From an uncultured Opitutales bacterium (GTDB lineage Bacteria; Verrucomicrobiota; Verrucomicrobiia; Opitutales; UBA2987): a DNA stretch of 64,000 nt. The notes beneath the pieces are model-generated. The model saw only the letters and a list, made by a program, of their open reading frames with translations. It searched no databases and had not been told where the DNA came from. Shown in pieces: positions 1 to 8,200 of this stretch (positions are counted from its first letter, which is position 1; each line of letters opens with the position of its first letter). The translations under genes and the position numbers were made by a program. The stretch lies in assembly GCA_964542645.1 (NCBI GenBank), contig CAZIUG010000007.1, forward strand, positions 73,619-137,618, written 5' to 3'.

Positions 1-1
1 A

Positions 2-2155
2 ACTCTCTACCGCATGCTGGCAGAAGGTCGCTCCTTTAGCGGTTACGAGCGAAATTGTGTCTTCCTTAACACAGAGGGACGAAAGTTCGCAAACATCTCG
101 GCAACCAGCGGTCTAGACTTTATTGACGACGGGCGCGGTGTAGCAACTCTTGATTGGGACTCTGACGGAGACTTGGATCTCTGGATTTCCAATCGCACGG
201 CTCCACTGGTGCGTTTCGCACGCAACGACACACCGTCGGGGAATCACTATCTGGCCGTGCGTCTAATGGGTAAACGCGTCAACCGTGATGCTATCGGCGC
301 ACGCGTCACGATTCATATGGACAACGGGCAAAAAGAGCCCACCAGACTTGTTAAGACCCTTTCCGCAGGTAGCGGATTTGTCGCCCAGTCCAGCAAATGG
401 TTGCATTTCGGTCTGGGTTCGAGATCCGATATCGACCGTTTGGAAGTCCGCTGGCCGGGCGGGTTTGAAGAAGTTTTTACTTCCATAGAAGCAGATCGTC
501 GCTACAGGATTGCGGAAGGAAGCGGCCGGGCAGAATTATTATCTGTACCCGCAAGAAGGGTAAATCTAACTCCTTCCAGCATTGATCCCTCAGCCCCCAG
601 CACCGTAGGCCGTATCTTCCTCCCAATGGGGCCTGATGCACCCATATTGTCTTATCAAGATTGGAATGGGGACAACTATTCGATTGGGAAGACCTTCAAC
701 GGCCCTTTGCTGATAAACCTCTGGGCAAGCTGGTGTGTTCCCTGCCACGCGGAACTTAACGATCTAACCGAAAACGAAGACCGACTTCGAAAGGCTGGAG
801 TAGAAATACTTGCTTTAAGTGTGGACGGCCTGGATGAGAACAAAGCTACAAAACCCTCGGACGCCCGAAAACATTTAGAGCGGATCGGGTTCCCGTTTTC
901 CAGAGGGCTCGCTACACCGAGCATGTTAAACAAGTTTCAGATTCTCCTCGACACGATTTTCTATCGAGTGATCCCTCTGGCCGTTCCCACGAGTTTTCTC
1001 GTCGACACCGAGGGTAGGATTCGGGCTGTCTATCGGGGCCCCGTTGACATCACCTCCTTACTAGCAGACGTGGACAATCTCGAGGCGAATGCAGATGTGC
1101 AATTAGCCCGAGCCGTCCCATTCCCCGGACGTTGGGAGGAGAAACCCCGCCCTATCGGCGCAATCTCGTTAGCGCGACAGTTCGAAAAGGGTGCCTTTAC
1201 CCAGGATGTTGTTAAGTACCTTCGGAAGGCAATTCTTGAAATGCCCGACAATGCGTATATTGAACTGTTTTTGGGACAGAGCCTGGATAGCATCGGCTCA
1301 TTTGATGAAGCAATCGTACACTATCGCCGGACTCTGGATCTAGATCCGCACCAACCAAAGGCGAGAAACAACCTTGGTGTTGTCCTCCAAACAGCGGGAA
1401 AGACTGAAGAAGCTATAACCCAGTTTAAAAAGGCCCTCAAGTCTGAACCGGACTATATCGACGCACACTTTAACCTGGGTCTAATTCTTAGCAGCGAACA
1501 GCGTTTCAATGATGCGACAACCCACTTTCGAAAAGTCTTAAGACACGATCCCGGAAGGGCCGAAGCTCAACTGCACCTTGGTCAAGCCCTGCAAAACCAA
1601 GGTCTGTTCGAGAAAGCGGAGGATCATTATCGCCAGGCTCTCTCCGTTAATCCCAAATTGGCTCAAGCGAATATCCTTTTGGGCCGTCTCATGCAACAAC
1701 AGGGTAGATTAGTCGAAGCCATTGGCCAGTATCGCAGAGCGGTGCGTACCCAGCCCGATTTTGCTATCGCACATTACAACCTCGGAATTGCTTTAATCGC
1801 CATCGATCTACAATCTGAGGCCTTACAAGCCTTACAAGAAGCAGGACGCATTGACCCTACCTGGTCGGCACCCTTAGGTGTAGCCGCATGGATCCATGCC
1901 ACAACAAACGACACCGACCTTCGAGCACCCGAAAAGGCAATAGATCTCGCCAAACGTGCAGCCAAGCTTAACAGCGAACCAGATCCTGTCATATTCGAAA
2001 CTTTGGCAGCAGCCTACGCCTCTCAGGGAGAGTTCATCAAGGCCGCGGAATATCTTCAACTCGCGATTAATTTACTACCGCCAGGAAAGCAAACTGAGGC
2101 ACTAAGAAGTCTTCTTCATGACTACCGGCATAAAGAAGAAACAACAGAACAATAA
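2..2155 (+). CDS. ASPIC/UnbV (CRTAC1-like) domain protein fused to a TlpA-like thioredoxin domain and a C-terminal TPR array; 5' end lies outside the window
   Basis: The frame is open from nt 2, with no stop before the first ATG at 14, so the N-terminus is truncated. SAGSGFVAQSSKWLHFGLG...LEVRWPGG reads as the UnbV_ASPIC signature. LINLWASWCVPCHAEL (CxxC at nt 734-745) is a TlpA/ResA-type redoxin motif. Residues ~395-700 are repeated 34-aa TPR-like units. Confidence 0.8.
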   Translation, partial: TLYRMLAEGRSFSGYERNCVFLNTEGRKFANISATSGLDFIDDGRGVATLDWDSDGDLDLWISNRTAPLVRFARNDTPSGNHYLAVRLMGKRVNRDAIGARVTIHMDNGQKEPTRLVKTLSAGSGFVAQSSKWLHFGLGSRSDIDRLEVRWPGGFEEVFTSIEADRRYRIAEGSGRAELLSVPARRVNLTPSSIDPSAPSTVGRIFLPMGPDAPILSYQDWNGDNYSIGKTFNGPLLINLWASWCVPCHAELNDLTENEDRLRKAGVEILALSVDGLDENKATKPSDARKHLERIGFPFSRGLATPSMLNKFQILLDTIFYRVIPLAVPTSFLVDTEGRIRAVYRGPVDITSLLADVDNLEANADVQLARAVPFPGRWEEKPRPIGAISLARQFEKGAFTQDVVKYLRKAILEMPDNAYIELFLGQSLDSIGSFDEAIVHYRRTLDLDPHQPKARNNLGVVLQTAGKTEEAITQFKKALKSEPDYIDAHFNLGLILSSEQRFNDATTHFRKVLRHDPGRAEAQLHLGQALQNQGLFEKAEDHYRQALSVNPKLAQANILLGRLMQQQGRLVEAIGQYRRAVRTQPDFAIAHYNLGIALIAIDLQSEALQALQEAGRIDPTWSAPLGVAAWIHATTNDTDLRAPEKAIDLAKRAAKLNSEPDPVIFETLAAAYASQGEFIKAAEYLQLAINLLPPGKQTEALRSLLHDYRHKEETTEQ

Positions 2156-2367
2156 GTGAAGACGATACGGGTAGCGAAGTAGGAAGGGGCCGTCACACCC
2201 ATGTTTTTTACTATCCGAACCTTTGTACATTCATTCCCGAGCAAAAATGCGGGTAAATAAACAAAGGCGGGCAGGTTGCGGCAATCAAGAGCCCTCCCTT
2301 TCGATAAGCATTCAATTTTTAAGCACTACAGCACAGTCCCGATTATCAGGTCTGGTAATCGGGACTT

Positions 2368-3621
2368 ATGCCTTTGGAGGTTGACCGAACCGAGGGTAAA
2401 TTTCATCCTAAGCCCCGTGTGCGTGGATCTAGTTGCATTTTCATTACAGAAATCCCCATGCCCGTTAGTATGAATCCGTTTTGGTTAAGCATCCGCCAAG
2501 CTCCAGATAAGCTTCGCCTTCACACGGTTGATTTTTGGGAGAGAGCTCGTTTCGCTCTGCGCTCAGACACTGCGACAGTTAAGAACCGTCCTCGCCTAGC
2601 GCTAGTAGGCTGCGGCTGGTTCGCTCGGTTGGCTCATTTACCAGCCCTCCGCCGATTGGAGAACCAGGGGCTTCTTGAAATCGCCGCTCTCTGCAGCCGT
2701 TCGGGAGACTCTCTAAACCAAACAGCAAGACAACTAGGAAGACCAAGAATCCGCCAATCCAAGGAAATGGAGGAAATTCTCTCTGACAGCGAAATCGACG
2801 CAGTTGACTTGGTTCTTCCGATCCCTACTACACCCAAGGCCATCGGCGCAGGATTACACGCAGGGAAACACGTCATAAGCGAGAAGCCTTGTGCCACAAG
2901 CGTGGATGAGGGACTCCGGCTCCTCAATTTCTGCCAGAATCTATCGACCCCTCGGATTTGGGCTGTGGGTGAGAATTGGCGCTTCAAGACAAGTGTAAGC
3001 CGAATAGAAAAGATCGTGCGGGGAGGAGATATCGGCGAGCCTCAGCTCGTACAATTCCGTAAACTTTTCTTTTTCCCTCCTGAAATTAACCAGAGTTGGA
3101 GAAGTCAACCGAACTACCAGGGCGGCCATCTTCTCGATGTGGGGGTACATTTCGCGGCGTTATTGCGGAAGGTTATTGGCGAGGTTGAAGAAGTTCGTGC
3201 CGTAGCCAACCAACGGCAATCCCACTTACCGCCGGCTGATACTCTTCAAGCCCTCCTCAACTTCGAAAACGGAGTAGAAGGAAGTTTTGTCCTTTCAGTT
3301 GCCGCCCAGGAACTTGATAAAAAGCAGCCAGATCTGAGCGTTGTGGGATCTCGTGGAACCGTACATGCCCACTTCATGGCCGGATATATACAGCTGTTCC
3401 GAAGGTCCGGAAAGAAGACTTACTACTTTCCAAATGATCCCTGGAACGAAGGGGGCGTCTATGGGAGTCTGAAGCACTTTGTCAAATTACTGAGCTCAAC
3501 AGAGACTGTCCCGACAGAGAACTCACCTCAAGAGGGACTACGTGATATCGCGTTAATCGAGGCCATGCTTATCTCTTCGAACCAAGGAATTGCAGTTCGT
3601 CCCAGGAAAATTTTCAGCTGA
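2368..3621 (+). CDS. Gfo/Idh/MocA family NAD(P)-dependent oxidoreductase
   Basis: Rossmann start RLALVGCGWFARLAHLPAL, followed by EKP (HVISEKPCA) and a C-terminal alpha/beta domain typical of the family. The start is uncertain: ATGs at 2368, 2458 and 2470 all leave at least 45 aa before the Rossmann strand. Confidence 0.8.
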   Translation: MPLEVDRTEGKFHPKPRVRGSSCIFITEIPMPVSMNPFWLSIRQAPDKLRLHTVDFWERARFALRSDTATVKNRPRLALVGCGWFARLAHLPALRRLENQGLLEIAALCSRSGDSLNQTARQLGRPRIRQSKEMEEILSDSEIDAVDLVLPIPTTPKAIGAGLHAGKHVISEKPCATSVDEGLRLLNFCQNLSTPRIWAVGENWRFKTSVSRIEKIVRGGDIGEPQLVQFRKLFFFPPEINQSWRSQPNYQGGHLLDVGVHFAALLRKVIGEVEEVRAVANQRQSHLPPADTLQALLNFENGVEGSFVLSVAAQELDKKQPDLSVVGSRGTVHAHFMAGYIQLFRRSGKKTYYFPNDPWNEGGVYGSLKHFVKLLSSTETVPTENSPQEGLRDIALIEAMLISSNQGIAVRPRKIFS

Positions 3622-3786
3622 ACTGAATTACCTTATATCGAAGCACGGCCAACAAGTGCGTTTTTTCAGAATTGGTGAAGTCGGTCTCGTCCAGCATACC
3701 GAAGCTAGTGGGGGAAAGTTGCCTGGATAAACATCAACAAAATTCGGATCCGAACAAAATCTACTCCTAAGAATGATTAGCTCCCT

Positions 3787-4815
3787 TTATTCGATAAATT
3801 GGGCCTCTCCTGTTCGAGTCGAGATGTCGAGAAGGTTCGCCACTCGCAAATTGTAGAAAGCCTCTGAAGGAACAACCAGGAGGGGCGATTCAAAGAGCAC
3901 GGCATCGACAAAATTCGATACAATCCAGTCAAAAGGAGGTTGGCCTCCGAACAGGAATTGCTTTGGTCTCAGCGAATGTTTTACGGATACAAAAGCCCTC
4001 CTCAAATAAGGCGTGACTCCCATTCTATGGTTTATCCCATGGGTTGTGAGCTGTAGAGTTCTAAAGTCGATATTTGCACTTCCCTTGGAGCCAACAATTT
4101 CGAGTAGATGCTCTATCCGAGGATGACAGAAACAAACCTGCAACTTGGAACTGACCCCACTTGAGTGCTCGATAAGAGAAGTAAGAGCAGGAGTAGTCCC
4201 AGCCTCAGTGCGCTCAGGATATGCCTGGACTTTTCGGACTTCCCCGAGAAGCGAAATACAGAGATCAATGTCGTGTATCCCTGTCTCATAGAGAATACCG
4301 TTTGGATACTTCTTTTTGAACTGATCCTGATGGTCCGGTTTCTTCCAGCCAAACTGAACCCGAAGCGACTCGACTTCACCCAACACTCCCTCGCACAATA
4401 GCCTCCTGAGGGCAATTACTGGGGGTGTGAATCGATAATTGAAAACAACTGTGTACCTTTTTGGACATGATTGAATTACCTCAAAGAGCTCTCGCCCCGA
4501 CTCGTAAGTCATGGCCATCGGCTTTTCAGAAATAACATGAGCTCCCAGATCCAAGCAAATCTTTGCCACTGAAACGTGATTTCCGGAACGTGTACAGATG
4601 TCACAGATGTCGAGCTCTTCCTTAGCGATCATTTCCCTGTAATCCTCGTAGACTCGCTTTATACCAAACTGTGCCGCAACTCTCTTGGCCCGCTGTGTAT
4701 CCACATCAGAAATCGACACCACTGCAGCACGCCTTTCCTTCCCCCAAGCCGGAAGGTGGCGGCGTGATGCTATGCTCCCAACCCCTATCAACCCAACTTT
4801 GAGAACCTTTCCCAT
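3787..4815 (-). CDS. Gfo/Idh/MocA family oxidoreductase
   Basis: MGKVLKVGLIGVGSIASRRHLPAW is the Rossmann N-terminus and HVISEKPMA is the EKP motif. Size is 342 aa. It is convergent with the previous gene. Confidence 0.85.
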   Translation of the reverse strand: MGKVLKVGLIGVGSIASRRHLPAWGKERRAAVVSISDVDTQRAKRVAAQFGIKRVYEDYREMIAKEELDICDICTRSGNHVSVAKICLDLGAHVISEKPMAMTYESGRELFEVIQSCPKRYTVVFNYRFTPPVIALRRLLCEGVLGEVESLRVQFGWKKPDHQDQFKKKYPNGILYETGIHDIDLCISLLGEVRKVQAYPERTEAGTTPALTSLIEHSSGVSSKLQVCFCHPRIEHLLEIVGSKGSANIDFRTLQLTTHGINHRMGVTPYLRRAFVSVKHSLRPKQFLFGGQPPFDWIVSNFVDAVLFESPLLVVPSEAFYNLRVANLLDISTRTGEAQFIE

Positions 4816-5274
4816 TATTCTTCTTAAACTTTCTGTAAAGTCTATCGTCCAAAGGATCGCTTAAATCTGCCCAGGTTGCTCATATGCGAAGATGTCGCTG
4901 TTTGAAAAGACGAAACCTCTTCCCAATTTTGGGATGATATGACCTGAGGGTCACTGAAGCAGATGTCTGAAAACAGCTAACGATCCCAACACCTTATATG
5001 GTACAAATTCAGAACCCCAGACAAGACGATTTCGAAATTGATACTTAAAATTCCAGTAAGTAGCTTCTACGTGGCTTATAAAACCCAATTGCAGGCCGGG
5101 CTATTATAGTTCGGAATCTCATTCCCCCTAAATCCATTATCGGTGAAATCAATTCAAGAACAGAGTTCCCTAAACTATTTTTATATCTTTCAATTGTGAT
5201 CTAATGTCGTTCTTTAGTTGCAGCTCCAGCGTATTAGGTTATAAAAAGGCGAATACTATCAGTATACACTGAAA

Positions 5275-8200
5275 TTGTCGGACAAACCTCCATATTCTCA
5301 TGATCAGACCTATTCGGGTCGAATCAGCGCCGCGCTTCTTGGGGTAACCCTCTTCCTAGTCCTAGCTCTGGTTTACTTTCATCTTGCCTCACCCGATCAG
5401 ATCTTCCAGCGCTTCGATCCATTCGAGGACTACCCTACGACCCCAATGCAGGATGCTGTGGAGGTTGAAAAGGTAAAAAACGAGCACAGGGCTATCCTTG
5501 ATCTCGGATCCCGATTCACAGGCCAACCTGGGTATCACCAAACCGCCAATTACATCCGAACTGCTTATGAGCAGGCCGGCCTGGAAATTTATACCCAGGA
5601 ATTTCAATCGGTTGCTCCCAAAACTGCCTACCGTGAAATCAACCAGGTACATCGAAACATCGATGGGTCAACATGGCATCTAGAGCCAATTGATAACGTC
5701 TCGGTTTACCCCTTCTTTCCAAATTTCTTACAAGCCGTTGCGACTCCACCCGGAGGAATGATGGGAGAGGTTGTTCTTATAAACGATGAGACTCTTAATA
5801 CTCGACAAAATTTCGACGGGTGCATTGGGCTTATTGATAGCCGAGAAGAAAACGTTCCTCAGGGATATGGTTTTGACTGGACCCGCTACGCCAATCTCGG
5901 GATCGAGGCCCTTATTATCTCCCATTCAGAAGGTCTTAACAATGCCCCATGGGTGAAATTCTCCCCTAGTGACGATACCTGGGCAATGGTCTCGAGCGTT
6001 CCGATCAACTACGTTCGGTTGGCTGCCACCAAGGAGATTTTTAACTATATTGGTGAGGAAATTCATCTCCGGGTTCGAGTTGACTATAAGCGCATCGACG
6101 ATCTCAACCTCTTCGGGGTATTAAGGTCCGCCCAACCATCCAAAGAAGCCATCCTATTTTTGGCTCCCTATGATGCTCCATCGATTATCCCAGATCTGGC
6201 GCCCGGCATCCTGCCGGCTATCTCGCCAGCATTTCAGCTTCGTCTCCTACAGGGACTGCTTCCTTACGCTGAAACTCTGCAGCGCGATATTATCTTTGCT
6301 AGCATGGGGTCCAGCTCCATGGGCGAAGAGGGGCACAACAATTTAATGCGTGTTATTGGAAGAAGGAATCGAAACTTTAAGCCGGACCGATTGCTCAATC
6401 TAGGGGAGGCTGTCTCAAACCGGGATCAGTTGGAGAGCGCGGAGCTGGACGACGGTGATCCCCGACAGGTACTCCTCGCTGACAATTGGGAGGAAAATGA
6501 GCGTCAAGGCTTACTGGTAGAAGAGATTCTCAAATTGCTCGAGATAGAGAATTTTGCGAAGGATCCTGAATCGACAAGGCAGATTCTACGCGAACTCGAT
6601 CGGACCGTCCGTAAATTTGCTGAAGAACAATTTGGATACGTAGTTAAAACTCTGGCATTCGAGTTAAGTGAGCCGCTCATGGCAACCAAGCTCGAGGTTG
6701 AACGCGAGGGTGGTACTGCCAATGTCGACAGCGAGGCTTTTCACAATTATCTCGAGGCGAGAAAAGAATATAACGACGCTTATGTTGCGAGCGGTTACCA
6801 AATGACCAGCATGCTCCGGAACAAGCCAGAAACGATGGAGCAATACTCCATCCGAAATCGATTTCTCCACCGGATGGAGGATCTTAAACGCCTTCACGAT
6901 CGCCGGCGCCGTGAGTTAAAGCAGGAGGAAAGCCTTCTGAACTTATTCAGTCAATACGAACGTATAGGGTTGTTCTCCAACAAACTGGCTCCGGCCCCAC
7001 CTCAAAGCAACGAGGGTACGGAGTACGTAAGTAGCGGATCTGGTGTCGCAAATATCCAATCCACTATTCACATGATTCCCCTTCGATTGATGAATCGTGC
7101 CAAACGACGCCTAGAGATTGGGGTTAATCTGGAGATACCACCTGCAGGAGAAAGGCAGGACCAATTGATCAGTCGGCACACCGGCTATTTTGTCTCTCGC
7201 AACGTTCCGAAAAATTGGGGAAATCTCGGATTTCCCACATTTTACATCTACAATCTCGAGAGAATAAAAAGCTTCTCTCACTACGCATCACCGGTCGATC
7301 TCCCTTTCATGCGAGATCTAGAAACTCTTTCCAATACATTTAAGATTGTCGGTGAGACTCTCCTTTCCCTGGCTCATGCGAACGGCAGCCTTGACCCCCA
7401 TCATATTTCAATTGACCAACGCAGTCGAGAATTCGGAGGACGTGTCCTGGCTGCTGAGATCGGTCAGTCCTTGATACCCAATTATCCCGTCAAAGACGCC
7501 CTGGTAGCGTGTCGCTCGCCCACCAACAAGAATCTCTGGGCGTTCCCTGGCCACTATCGGCACCCCATCCTCATGACCGATGATTACGGTCGCTATCGCG
7601 TTTCCCGAACCTACAACGTATTCCCCGTCTATTCTAGCGTGGGGAGAGATTCCGGCCTAATCGCACCCCTCGCTGTTAGGATCGGAGAAGACGGTATAAT
7701 CTCCCACATTAAGGACGAAGGAAACGTTACCCAACGATCCTTCAAGTCCACCAAAGTTCCATGGTGGAAAGCGCAGGATCTCACCCTCATCATTTTCCCT
7801 GCCGCCCCCATTACGGTTCTAGATCTCATCAACCCGCAGACCCTCCGCGAGTATGCTGGGGTCAAGATGATCCGAAGTGAAGGACTGGCAACTCCAGATC
7901 GATTCTGCTTCTTTGAAAACCGGGGACTCGTTGCCACATTTCTGGAACCTGACCAGCGTTGTTTCGTAGAGCTGCAATCAGGAGCCCAAGAACACGAACG
8001 CGCGAAAGTCACCCGTGCCTTCCTAACGAATGTTGATGAAATGCCGGTCAGTGACCGACAGGAAGAGATCGATGGCGAAGGTTACCTGGTCGGCGATCAC
8101 CCTTTTGTGCGCAATCTTCCCGCCGAAGTGGCCCATTCCATGGCCTACGTTAACGGTCGTCGCCTCGACCTACAGAACTCTTACGGGATGGCCGACGAGA

